From: Nitrospinota bacterium
GTDB lineage: Bacteria; Nitrospinota; Nitrospinia; JACRGO01
Direction: 5' to 3'
DNA: 61,754 bases
Assembly (NCBI GenBank): GCA_016212295.1
Contig: JACRGO010000042.1
Span: 1-61,754 of the forward strand
Below, piece by piece: positions 1 to 8,707 of the stretch. A program made the position numbers and the translations under genes. The notes under the pieces were generated by a model. The model ran no database searches. It was not told where the DNA came from and was given only the letters and a program-made list of their open reading frames with translations. Each line of letters starts with the position of its first letter. Position 1 is the stretch's first letter.

Positions 1-10
1 GAAGAAAAAA

Positions 11-163
11 CTGAACGTCCAACATCGAACATCGAACGTCCAACATCGAAGTAAGAAAAATTCGTTTTACGTTTTAAATCCTTTCTTCCTTTTTCGACGT
101 TCGACGTTCAATGTTGGATGTTCGATGTTCAATTCTTTAAACTCCGCCCGAAGGGCGTTAATT
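11..163. repeat. word-hairpin element, family B (CGAACAT/CGAACGT/CCAACAT words) with conserved tail
   Basis: Left arm 11-50 (CTGAACGTCCAACATCGAACATCGAACGTCCAACATCGAA) is an imperfect reverse complement of right arm 94-131. It is followed by the tail CTTTAAACTCCGCCCGAAGGGCG (134-157). Bases 75-163 recur at about 90 percent identity at 53731-53820. Confidence 0.85.
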
Positions 164-166
164 TAA

Positions 167-577
167 ATGAAATTCAAAATCGAGGGGACAACCGCTGATA
201 AACGCCTGATCGCCTTTGGAGGCAGCCGCGAGGAGCTCTTCCAAAACGCCGCTATTGGAATGTATTCCGGGATGGTGGACTTAGAGGAAGTCCCGGAGAG
301 CGGGGCCAGGGAAATACAGATAGAAGACGCCGGGGACCTGGAAGGGCTCCTTGTGGGTTGGCTCAACGAGCTTCTCTATCTTTTTGACAGCGAGGGTTTC
401 GTGGGAAAGAGGTTCGACTTGAGGTTTTCGGAGAATGGGCCATTGAAGGTCCGGGCATACGGCGCCGTGGTTTCCCCGGATTTAATCTTCGGAGAAATAA
501 AGGCCGCCACCTACCATGAGATTCAAATAATGGAAAAGGACGGGGCTTTCGAGGCCAGGGTCATTTTGGATGTTTAA
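167..577 (+). CDS. archease family protein
   Basis: 136-aa ORF. The N-terminal GTTADKRLIAFGGSREELFQNAAIGMYS and C-terminal KAATYHEIQI segments match my recollection of the archease family. Confidence 0.75.
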   Translation: MKFKIEGTTADKRLIAFGGSREELFQNAAIGMYSGMVDLEEVPESGAREIQIEDAGDLEGLLVGWLNELLYLFDSEGFVGKRFDLRFSENGPLKVRAYGAVVSPDLIFGEIKAATYHEIQIMEKDGAFEARVILDV

Positions 578-1167
578 TTATAATACCTGGGGGTTTGGAC
601 GGAATGGCCGTGTAGGAGACTCCCCTTCAGCGGGAGGCTGCCCTTCCGGATGGCCTCGTTAAGTTGATCAGGGAAGGCGCGGTCGAAGTCGTTTAAATAT
701 TTCATGACTGAAATGCCCCAATATTTTTCGTCCGGGGATTGAATAATCGTAATATTCTTATTTTCGTAAAATTCCAGGACTTGTTTCACGGCCGCGTCCA
801 GGGCAGGCCCTTCAGTTTGGGACTTTATGGAAAAGGGCCTCACAGGGTCGACTTGCAGGACTTCCATCCCCTTCAGGTCTTCCGGGATCTCGCTGATTAA
901 ATCCTCGATGGGGATGCCAACGCCGCCTTCCCTTCCGAAAGGATTCATCAGTGTTGCAAGGTATAAGGAAGAATTTAAAATTCTGGCATGCTGCGCGTAT
1001 CCTTCCCGGATCACTGAAGCGTTTTTGGACGACGGCCCAACAACCACGAAATCCCAATGCCCATGAATAAGGTCATCCTGGGTCCTTAATATTTTCGTGC
1101 CGTCGATGATCTCCTGGAGCTTTTCAAATGACTTATAGTCCTTTGGCTTCAGGTGGAATCTGGACAT
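574..1167 (-). CDS. hypothetical protein
   Basis: Long ORF on the minus strand. I chose the ATG at 1167 (MSRFHLKPKDY) over the ORF-track start at 1275. No family recognised. Converges on and overlaps the archease stop by 4 nt. Confidence 0.5.
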   Translation of the reverse strand: MSRFHLKPKDYKSFEKLQEIIDGTKILRTQDDLIHGHWDFVVVGPSSKNASVIREGYAQHARILNSSLYLATLMNPFGREGGVGIPIEDLISEIPEDLKGMEVLQVDPVRPFSIKSQTEGPALDAAVKQVLEFYENKNITIIQSPDEKYWGISVMKYLNDFDRAFPDQLNEAIRKGSLPLKGSLLHGHSVQTPRYYN

Positions 1168-1262
1168 ACAACTTTTCCTCTCGAAAAAAAAAACAATATA
1201 TGCTGTTTTTTTAAAGAATAACACGCAAGGCCGGAAATTGTAAAGATTCCTGTAATGAAAAT

Positions 1263-2210
1263 ATGAAATCAACATCTGAAACTATAAAGGAAATAACAAC
1301 AGGGCCGGCGGACGCCGGGCAAAGGATAGACGTCCTGCTTTCCAGATATTTGGACGGTTGGACCCGGTCCCGAGCGGCAAAACTGATAAGCGAAGGGCTG
1401 GTCTTGATGGATGGGAAGACGGCCAGGGCCGGGAACAAGGTCAAGGCCGGTTCCAAGTTGACCGTGCGTATCCCGGAAGCCAAGCCCGCCTCCCTGGAAC
1501 CAGAAGCCATTCCTCTCAGAATCGTGTATGAAGATGACTGCGTTATCGTGGTGGATAAGCCTCCTGGCATGGTGGTCCATCCCTCAGCCGGGCATTCCAC
1601 CGGCACCCTGGTCCACGCCCTTTTGCATCATGGACGGTCGCTTTCCACCACCGGCGGACTGGAAAGGCCGGGGATAGTGCACCGCCTGGACAAGGACACC
1701 TCCGGACTCCTTATCGTGGCGAAGGACGAGCAGAGCCATTTGGCGCTTTGCAGGCAATTGAAAGAAAGGACATTGAAGCGGTCATATTACGCCGTGGTCC
1801 ACGGGACCTTCAAGGAGGACTCCGGGACCATTGAAACCGAAATAGGCAGACACCCCACGGACAGGAAGAAGATGTGGATCAATCCCAAGCGCGGAAGAAT
1901 GGCGGCCACCGGCTTCGAGGTGGTGGAACGGCATCCGGGCTTTACCCTTTGCCGGTTGAGCCTGAAGACCGGGCGGACTCATCAAATTCGTGTGCACATG
2001 GCCTGCAAGGGGCATCCGGTGGTGGGGGACAGCGTCTATGGCGGAAAGAAGAAGGAAAGGCATAAGGGAGTGGACCGGCTGCTGATCGGCCGCCAGGCCC
2101 TCCACGCTTATAAACTCGGCTTCCTCCATCCCAGGGACGGAAGATACCTGGAACTGGAATCCCCTTTGCCGGAGGACATTGTTGCGCTGCTGGAAAAGAT
2201 TCGTAATTAA
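1263..2210 (+). CDS. rluD: RluA/RluD-family 23S rRNA pseudouridine synthase
   Basis: N-terminal S4-like segment plus the catalytic motif HRLDKDTSGLLIVAK and the C-terminal TGRTHQIRVH motif. Confidence 0.85.
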   Translation: MKSTSETIKEITTGPADAGQRIDVLLSRYLDGWTRSRAAKLISEGLVLMDGKTARAGNKVKAGSKLTVRIPEAKPASLEPEAIPLRIVYEDDCVIVVDKPPGMVVHPSAGHSTGTLVHALLHHGRSLSTTGGLERPGIVHRLDKDTSGLLIVAKDEQSHLALCRQLKERTLKRSYYAVVHGTFKEDSGTIETEIGRHPTDRKKMWINPKRGRMAATGFEVVERHPGFTLCRLSLKTGRTHQIRVHMACKGHPVVGDSVYGGKKKERHKGVDRLLIGRQALHAYKLGFLHPRDGRYLELESPLPEDIVALLEKIRN

Positions 2211-2947
2211 TAAAAAACCCTTTCCAGGCAAAGCCCATGCGGAGGGGCGGTCCTGCCGGCTTTTTTTCTGTCCCTGGCCTCAATGATCTCCTTCATCTCC
2301 TCAGGCCTTTTTTTACCGCAGCCAAAATCCACCAGGGTCCCCACCATGATCCTCGCCATGTGCTTCAGAAAACCATTCCCCTCGAAAAACAACAATATAG
2401 TGTCCCCGCTCTTCACTATATCGAGCGAGGTAAGGTCCCGCACAGTACTTTGGGTCTTGCTCTTGGCCGCCTGAAAGGAGGCGAAGTCGTGGGTCCCGGC
2501 CAGATGCCGCGCCGCTTCCCGCATCAGGTCCATATCCAGGTTATTTGGAAATAACCAGGCAAAGGGGCGGAGAAAGGCTGAAGGATATTTCCGGTTCAGG
2601 ATGGTGTAGCGGTAGCGCTTTCCCCTGGAGGAGTGCTGAGCGTGGAATCCCGCCGGCGCCTCCACGGATTCACTGATGACGATATCCTCCGGTAGAAGAT
2701 GGTTAAGCGCCCTTTGAAACAAAGGCGCTTCCAGCGCGGCCTCAGTTTTGAAATGGGCCACCTGTCCCTCTGCATGGACCCCTGAGTCAGTCCTGCCGGA
2801 CCCATATACCGTCACCTTCCGGCCGGTGATCTTTTTCAGGCGGTCTTCCAGGACCTCCTGTATGCTCACTCCGTTGGGCTGGAACTGCCACCCGCAATAA
2901 TTGGTTCCTATATATTCGATGGTTAACTTTATGGTTTTTTGAGGCAT
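2207..2947 (-). CDS. truA: tRNA pseudouridine(38-40) synthase TruA
   Basis: 246 aa. GSGRTDSGVHAEGQVAHF catalytic-Asp motif and YCGWQFQPN N-terminus. Confidence 0.9.
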   Translation of the reverse strand: MPQKTIKLTIEYIGTNYCGWQFQPNGVSIQEVLEDRLKKITGRKVTVYGSGRTDSGVHAEGQVAHFKTEAALEAPLFQRALNHLLPEDIVISESVEAPAGFHAQHSSRGKRYRYTILNRKYPSAFLRPFAWLFPNNLDMDLMREAARHLAGTHDFASFQAAKSKTQSTVRDLTSLDIVKSGDTILLFFEGNGFLKHMARIMVGTLVDFGCGKKRPEEMKEIIEARDRKKAGRTAPPHGLCLERVFY

Positions 2948-3014
2948 GGTTCGAGCGATAGTTTTTCAATGTCCAGCATTGTCCCCTTTCCATATCATTA
3001 TGTATAATTAATCC

Positions 3015-4172
3015 ATGCCTGACAAACCGCCTATAGATATATGGGAAGTTGATAAACTCCTTCAGTTTGACCAGCCCCTTTCAGAGGATGATCCCAAATA
3101 CGTCCATACAGAAGCCGGGCGCGGAGATATCAATTTTGAAAGAATTTATAAAACTCTCTGCGTGGATTCCAAAACATTCACATTCAAGTCCATTCCTGAA
3201 AAGAAGTATATCCTGTTTTGCGGCCACAGGGGATGCGGAACTTGACCCCAATAACCTCCAGTACTCTGATATCATAGGACACGGTGGATTATTTCATCAA
3301 GCATTCCGGGGGATGTCCGAGAGAGCTTTTAAAACTCCTCCGCTATGCCTTCCTGAGAGCGGAAACAGACCAATTTGACAGGACGTCCGCTGAAAAGGCC
3401 GTCCTCGACCTAGCCTCCGATTATAAGAGAATCCTCGATTCCGAGGATTACAAAATCCTCCATGCAATAGACAAATCTCCCTCTTATGATTCTTCAGAAA
3501 AGGTCCGCAGACTCCTTTATAACCTCGCCCTCCTGGAATACAACCATTTGCTGAAAGACCTTGCCAAGGCCAATACTCTTATCCATCTCGTTAACCTGGA
3601 AAACTGGCTTTTCCCGGAAGGCTCAAAGTCCATGGTGGTGGGGTTCAACTACCAGCGGGAGTCCATAGCCAGGGAATGCCCGGCATAAAGACCTTTGCCA
3701 TTGACGCCCCGGACATGTGGGCCTGGCGCTCCGCTGTTCTGGATTTTTCCGTGGAAAAGGCCGGGATAGTCCATGAACCTGCCAGGGAATCCAGCCTGAT
3801 GGAAGGGTTGCCCTTGAAGTCCAGGATAAAACGCATCAACGAGATAAAGGAGTTTCTCGCCAATAAACCGGAAGACCTGCCCGCCTCCCTTTCCTCGTCC
3901 TTGCTTAATGAGCTTGGCCGTCTCTTTAGCAGCATAGGCAAATACGAAGTGGCCCTGAAGCACTTCAAGGAGAGTCTGAAAATCTGGAAAGAAACAGGAA
4001 ACCGCCGGGAGAGGGAGTTTCTCTTTGGAACATGGGCCGAATCTTAATGAACAAGGACAGGAAGTCGGCAATTGCTTACCTGGAAGAGGCATTGAAGATT
4101 GATAAAGAACTCAAAAATCCCGATTACGAAAAAAATAAAAAGCTCTTGGAAGAACTAACCAAAAATATTTGA
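3015..4172 (+). pseudogene. decayed STAND-like P-loop ATPase with C-terminal TPR repeats
   Basis: The reading frame breaks at least three times. Frame 1 ends inside the Walker A motif (FCGHRGCGT-stop at 3243). The sequence continues as DYFIKHSGGCPRELLKLLRYAF (3284 frame), then LNELGRLFSSIGKYEVALKHFKESLKIWKETG (3676 frame). After another shift near 4005 it reads GEGVSLWNMGRILMNKDRKSAIAYLEEALKIDKEL, ending at 4172. Confidence 0.55.
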
Positions 4173-4190
4173 GATTCAAACATTTTATAA

Positions 4191-4222
4191 AAATCTCCGC
4201 GTCTCTGTGTCTCCGCGGTTCA
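4191..4222. repeat. short GC-word repeat (CTCCGCGTCTC...TCTCCGCGG)
   Basis: ATCTCCGCGTCTCTGTGTCTCCGCGGTT. A related GCGTCTCCGCGGTT lies at 8680-8693. Confidence 0.5.
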
Positions 4223-5836
4223 TTTTTTGGATAATTTTTTCTTTGTGATCCTTGTGCCTTTGTGTAGGGAGGACAAAAACCCGCAGTCCATGCATCCCTT
4301 TTCATTAGCGGCGCAAAATTTCTTATACACATGAATAAGGCCCTGCTGCCTCATGGCGCTGTTGGCCGCAGGGGAGCGCCGGGACCGCTCCCCAAGAAGC
4401 CAGGTGTTCATGAAGCCCTGGACGGAATTTTCCGGTAATAGGGGGAAATTAGAATAAATAGCGCCGACCCTGGCCTCCAGGTTCGCGTCTCCGGCCTTTT
4501 GGGAATAAGCCGACAGCGTAGGGAGGATGGCGTTCCACAGGATCACCAAGGCCCTGTCCCGGCCTATCAGCTTTCTGGGTCTGGGTGATTTCCGGCCCGC
4601 CCAAGAATGATGGGAAGACCAAAAATCCGAAGGCTCATCCACCGCCAAGTGAAGGGCGAGTTTTCCAGCGGCCTTTCTGGAACAAACCTCCCTTGCGTCC
4701 ATGCCTGAGATTAAGTACATGAAAAATTTTAAAGGTCCTCCCTCCCTGAACCTCTCAAGAAGATAAGCGGCCCCGGCAAGCCTCACCTGCGGATAGTTGG
4801 CCGGCCTGCACCCGGCGAACAGGAATTTTTCCGGGGCATGGTTGCGGAAAATTTCTTGTCCAATGGTGGCGCTTCTTGTATTCATGGCCATTCGGGCGTA
4901 TTCCTCGGCTTCCCCGGTTCCAACGCCCTTTTCCTCATCCAGTGCAATGGGAAAAAAACCAGCGGCGGAAAGAAAAAGGGACTGCAACTCCATGGCCGCC
5001 TCTTTTTTATTAAGCCCCTCAACCACTGAAATCACGGTTTCGCACGGGACACGCCTTGCCAGTTCCAAAAAAACCGGGCCGTTGTTCTTATATCCCAGGG
5101 CCTCCATCATCCCTTCATAACAAACCTGCTCAAACCCTCCAGGCCCTGAACTTTTCAGGCGGCAGGCCGCCTTCTCCCTCATCCGGTCCTCCCCTGCCGA
5201 GTCCAAAAGGCCGGCGATCACCTCCGGATCAAGTTTTTGCAATGCCGGGCAGCAACGGCCAAGCACACTTTCACTGCGCAGCGGATAGTCGTCAGGGTCC
5301 ATTTCATCCTTCAACTCCGCTATATTTTTTCTGAGGAAGGGGGCGAGTTCAATCTGGAGCGCCTTGGACCGCGTCCGCCCCTTGCCGCCGTCGTTATTGA
5401 AAAAAACATGGAGGGCCAGTGGCTCATAGTTTTTGTCGCCGCCGTGGGAGTGGCGGTCCCAGTCATTTTTATTCACATGGACCTCCACGTTGCCTCTCTG
5501 GACCTTCCCATCGGCGTCCCTGAATACCGCGTTCAGGAAGTCAGGCCCCGCGCCGCGGTTCCACCAGCCGGGGGAAAGGATGGTAACGCTCTTCCCATCC
5601 AGCGTCTTCAAGGGCTGAAAAAATTCCTTGTCGAACCAGATGCATTTTAAAAGTTTTTCGGAGATCCTGTCTGGACCACTGAGATACGGCGCATTTTCTT
5701 CCCTCACTTCACAGGCTGGAGGGGCGCAAAAAGGCACATGCTTAGGGTTTTGCCGCCATGAATGGAGAAAGGAGGGCGCGGCCTCATTGAGGCTGTTTTT
5801 TCGCGGAAATATATGCCTGGACGCGAGAGTGGCCAT
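4220..5836 (-). CDS. DUF2851 family protein
   Basis: 538 aa. GAGPDFLNAVF...GNVEVHVNKNDWDRHSHGGDKNYEPLALHV matches my recollection of the DUF2851 signature. Confidence 0.6.
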   Translation of the reverse strand: MATLASRHIFPRKNSLNEAAPSFLHSWRQNPKHVPFCAPPACEVREENAPYLSGPDRISEKLLKCIWFDKEFFQPLKTLDGKSVTILSPGWWNRGAGPDFLNAVFRDADGKVQRGNVEVHVNKNDWDRHSHGGDKNYEPLALHVFFNNDGGKGRTRSKALQIELAPFLRKNIAELKDEMDPDDYPLRSESVLGRCCPALQKLDPEVIAGLLDSAGEDRMREKAACRLKSSGPGGFEQVCYEGMMEALGYKNNGPVFLELARRVPCETVISVVEGLNKKEAAMELQSLFLSAAGFFPIALDEEKGVGTGEAEEYARMAMNTRSATIGQEIFRNHAPEKFLFAGCRPANYPQVRLAGAAYLLERFREGGPLKFFMYLISGMDAREVCSRKAAGKLALHLAVDEPSDFWSSHHSWAGRKSPRPRKLIGRDRALVILWNAILPTLSAYSQKAGDANLEARVGAIYSNFPLLPENSVQGFMNTWLLGERSRRSPAANSAMRQQGLIHVYKKFCAANEKGCMDCGFLSSLHKGTRITKKKLSKK

Positions 5837-5906
5837 GTCTACTTATACTTCTTGATTAAAAATCTTGAAGGAATCATGAGGCTGAAAATGTTTCTTCTAT
5901 TCTGAA

Positions 5907-6917
5907 TTATTCCAGCATCCTGAAATAAGTTCTCGTTTCCAGCCTTTGCGCTTCGACGCCGCCTCCGTATCTGCTCACGAATTTGACCGTTCCGTCGCAA
6001 ATGAATTTTTCGTGGTATTCATCGAAAATGCACTTCTCGTTAAAATGGCCTGCTCCCAATTTGGCGGACTTGGAATATTTCCTGGTGAAGTTGTAGCCCC
6101 TGGTCCATTCAAACTCTTCTCCTTCTCCGCACCCAAGCAGGCAGTTTATTTTTGGAGAATCATTTTTCAGGGTAACCTCTATTATGCATCCCGCTTCCTG
6201 GCTCTGCCACTTACCTAAGACCAGGGCCGCCAAATCCTTCTTTTCCTCCTTTGCGCCTTTTACGGGTTCATCGGGTCCGCCGGATTTTTCCAGCAGGGCC
6301 TGAATCGCGTACTTCTCCTTGAAATTGGCAATGCAGCGGTCCCGCCTGAAAACATCCTTCTCGTACTTTTCATCGCAAACACTGGACTTTGCGTAAAGGA
6401 ACCCCTTGATATTTTCAGCGTCTGTCTTCCACGCCCTTAAAAAGTCCTCCGCCTCCCTTGGATATTTTTCACGAAAATCATTCCACGAATTTTTTTCAAG
6501 ATAACATAGAGCCCGCTGTTTTCCAGCCGATTCCTCGCAACCTCTGATCAGCGTCCCCTTCCATTCCTCGCATCCCCTGGCTTTTTTGCATTCGTCGACA
6601 GAGGCTTTTATCTTGTTCCTGGCCTTGTCGTGGACCTCCCGGACTTGGGACCGGTCTTTCATGTCGGCGAAATCAAGGCAGTAATTGTAGAGAGAGTCGG
6701 GCTGGGATGCGGTCTTGTCAAGACATTCCAAAAAAAGGACCTGAGGGTCCGTCTCCCTGGAGTCTTGAATCCGCTGGAAACGCTTGTCGGCCTCTTCAAG
6801 GGATTTTTCAAGGAAGGAGCAGTCGCATTCCTTGCCCTCCAAGAGACTAGTCCAAGGGGGTTGGCAGGCCAGGAAGGCCAGAAAAAATAAAAATTTTTTT
6901 ACCCTATGGCCCATCAT
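5907..6917 (-). CDS. secreted or lipoprotein-like Cys-rich hypothetical protein
   Basis: Signal peptide KKFLFFLAFLAC followed by many paired Cys residues. Its start overlaps the stop of the upstream rod-protein gene (ATGA at 6914-6917). Confidence 0.5.
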   Translation of the reverse strand: MMGHRVKKFLFFLAFLACQPPWTSLLEGKECDCSFLEKSLEEADKRFQRIQDSRETDPQVLFLECLDKTASQPDSLYNYCLDFADMKDRSQVREVHDKARNKIKASVDECKKARGCEEWKGTLIRGCEESAGKQRALCYLEKNSWNDFREKYPREAEDFLRAWKTDAENIKGFLYAKSSVCDEKYEKDVFRRDRCIANFKEKYAIQALLEKSGGPDEPVKGAKEEKKDLAALVLGKWQSQEAGCIIEVTLKNDSPKINCLLGCGEGEEFEWTRGYNFTRKYSKSAKLGAGHFNEKCIFDEYHEKFICDGTVKFVSRYGGGVEAQRLETRTYFRMLE

Positions 6918-7627
6918 GCCTTCAGGTCCAAAACCGTGCCTATCATCTGGTCCTTTGTCTTGATCGCCTTGGCTGACGCCTTGAATCCGGCCCCTGCCAC
7001 TATCATATTGACGCTCTCCCTGGCGATGTCAACATTGGACGCCTCAAGAAACCCGCTCAACAATTCCCCCCGGCCGCCGGCGCCCGGGGCGCCTGCCAGG
7101 GGAGATCCAGATGCATCGGTTTGAAGAAAAATATTCCCGCCGGCCGCCGCCAGTCCGTCCGGATTGGGAAATACGGACAAATTGATTCGGCCCAGGGGAA
7201 CGGCGTTACCTCCAACCATCGCTGAAACCACGCCGGACCTGTCAACCGAGACCCCGGTGGCATTGCCGGGAATGGTGATCGGGGGCTGCAGGACATTGCC
7301 GTTGGCGTCGGCCAATTGGCCCTGGGCGTTTGTGGAAAAACTCCCATTCCGGGAAAAACCGGCCTTTCCGCCCGGGACCGCGAGATTAAAGAACCCCTGG
7401 CCCAAGATGCTTATATCCAATGGATCGCCGGTCTGGAGCAGCCCTCCAGCTTCCTTGCTGATAGTGACGGAGGCTATATTCACGCCCCCCTGCGCGAGCG
7501 GCTGCTGGTCCGCGCGGCGGCTTTTATAACCGGAGGTTGATATGTTGGCGAGATTATTAGAGGAGGTCTCTATTTGCCTGGCATAGGCGTCCAGAGCGGA
7601 AGCAGAGGCCCCAAATCCATTAATCAT
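6914..7627 (-). CDS. flagellar basal-body rod protein (FlgF/FlgG family)
   Basis: N-terminal SSNNLANISTSGYK rod/hook motif and C-terminal GFLEASNVDIARESVNMI motif. Confidence 0.8.
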   Translation of the reverse strand: MINGFGASASALDAYARQIETSSNNLANISTSGYKSRRADQQPLAQGGVNIASVTISKEAGGLLQTGDPLDISILGQGFFNLAVPGGKAGFSRNGSFSTNAQGQLADANGNVLQPPITIPGNATGVSVDRSGVVSAMVGGNAVPLGRINLSVFPNPDGLAAAGGNIFLQTDASGSPLAGAPGAGGRGELLSGFLEASNVDIARESVNMIVAGAGFKASAKAIKTKDQMIGTVLDLKA

Positions 7628-7652
7628 TTATTTTCTCCCTTATATACTAACC

Positions 7653-7681
7653 AATATATAACCACTTATTACCCATGTCAA
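7653..7681 (-). promoter_or_regulatory. sigma-70-like promoter candidate for the rod-protein gene
   Basis: On the minus strand: TTGACA (7681-7676), a 17-nt spacer, then TATATT (7658-7653). It lies about 25 nt upstream of the ATG at 7627. Confidence 0.35.
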
Positions 7682-7742
7682 ATACGAAAAATCCAGGCGG
7701 ACAGGTGATTTTCTTTTTTAAGGGATTAGTACCCTGATGACA

Positions 7743-7788
7743 CGGATTAAAGCGGATAAAATTTCAAATCGCAATTGTCAAATAACAA
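7743..7788. repeat. family A half element (mirror of 39620-39677)
   Basis: CGGATTAAAGCGGATAAAATTTCAAATCGCAATTGTCAAATAACAA is the near reverse complement of TTGTTATTTGACAATTGTGATTTGAAATTTTATCCGCGATAATCCG at about 39620-39665. Confidence 0.8.
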
Positions 7789-7841
7789 TGCGCGGCCCTT
7801 CATGAGACAACCAGGCAAGGCTGGCGCGGAAGAGCAAAAAA

Positions 7842-8325
7842 TTGAATGATTTTCTTCTTCTGCCCACCTCTTGCCGCCATTGCGAGGACCCCTCCTGCAT
7901 GTCCAGGTGTCCGACCGGCGCGATCTCCAGGGACTTTTCAGGAGAGATTTACCATAAGGATTTCTGCGCTGGCTGCGGGAATTGCGCGAAGAATTGTCCA
8001 TACGGAAATATCTCGATGGGCACGGTATCGGACAACGGCCAGGAGGAAAAAATTACTTAATAGGCTTTTTCCCTTCTTCAAAAATAGCGAAAAGGCGGGG
8101 GAGGCCGCGCTTCCAACAAAATCCGCGCGGTTTGTGTTTCCCGGAGACAGGGACATGATCTCGGACGCTTCAGCTCAAAGGAAAAGTAAGACACGCAGGA
8201 AGGCCGCGAAATGCGATATGTGCAGGGATTATCCCTTCATGGGCTGCGTTTACAATTGTCCCTCTGACGCCGCCAGGAGGGTGGACCTAACGGAATTCTT
8301 CGCGGATTTGGCGGCTGTTGGTTGA
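7842..8325 (+). pseudogene. 5'-truncated, frameshifted 4Fe-4S dicluster protein remnant
   Basis: Frame 0 encodes CRHCEDPSCMSRCPTGAI...CAGCGNCAKNCPYG, then a stop at 8060. The third cluster, KCDMCRDYPFMGCVYNCPSDAARRV, is in a different frame (to 8325). There is no plausible N-terminus; a repeat half-copy sits directly upstream. Confidence 0.5.
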
Positions 8326-8504
8326 TTAATGAGGATACAGCCAAGGCCGGGGACTTGGCGGACCAGAAGCTGCCGTCCGTCGCGAAATGCCAGGGGTGTC
8401 ATGAAAAGAATTTGATGTATAATGATTGCGGCGCTTGCCATGGATTCCATTTGCGTGAGCGTGGCAAGTCGCACAAGAAAGAATTGATGCATGAAAAGAC
8501 GTAA
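8322..8504 (+). CDS. small ORF with two CXXCH haem-c motifs (possible cytochrome remnant)
   Basis: 60 aa with CQGCH and CGACH. TTG start overlaps the preceding stop. No signal peptide, so it is doubtful as a functional cytochrome. Confidence 0.3.
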   Translation: MINEDTAKAGDLADQKLPSVAKCQGCHEKNLMYNDCGACHGFHLRERGKSHKKELMHEKT

Positions 8505-8548
8505 GAAGCCAGGTTTCAGGGGGCAGGGGGCAGAATATATATAACCCT

Positions 8549-8696
8549 GCATAGCGCGACATGCGCGGTAATGGAATTATTGGGGCATTCGGTAATTGTA
8601 ATTTGTGATTTATTTGTAATTTGTTGTTTGTCATTTGGGATTTGGGATTTGGGATTTGGGATTTTGTTTTCCTTTTGGCTGCGTCTCCGCGGTTAA
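8549..8696. repeat. composite repeat: box variant + family A arm + (TTTGGGA)x4 + GC word
   Basis: GCATAGCGCGACATGCGCGGTAATGG (8549-8574). GCATTCGGTAATTGTAATTTGTGATTTATTTGTAATTTG is the reverse complement of the left arm at 16861-16910. A 7-nt tandem repeat TTTGGGA occurs four times at 8634-8661. Confidence 0.8.
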
Positions 8697-8707
8697 TAAA
8701 AAAAACA

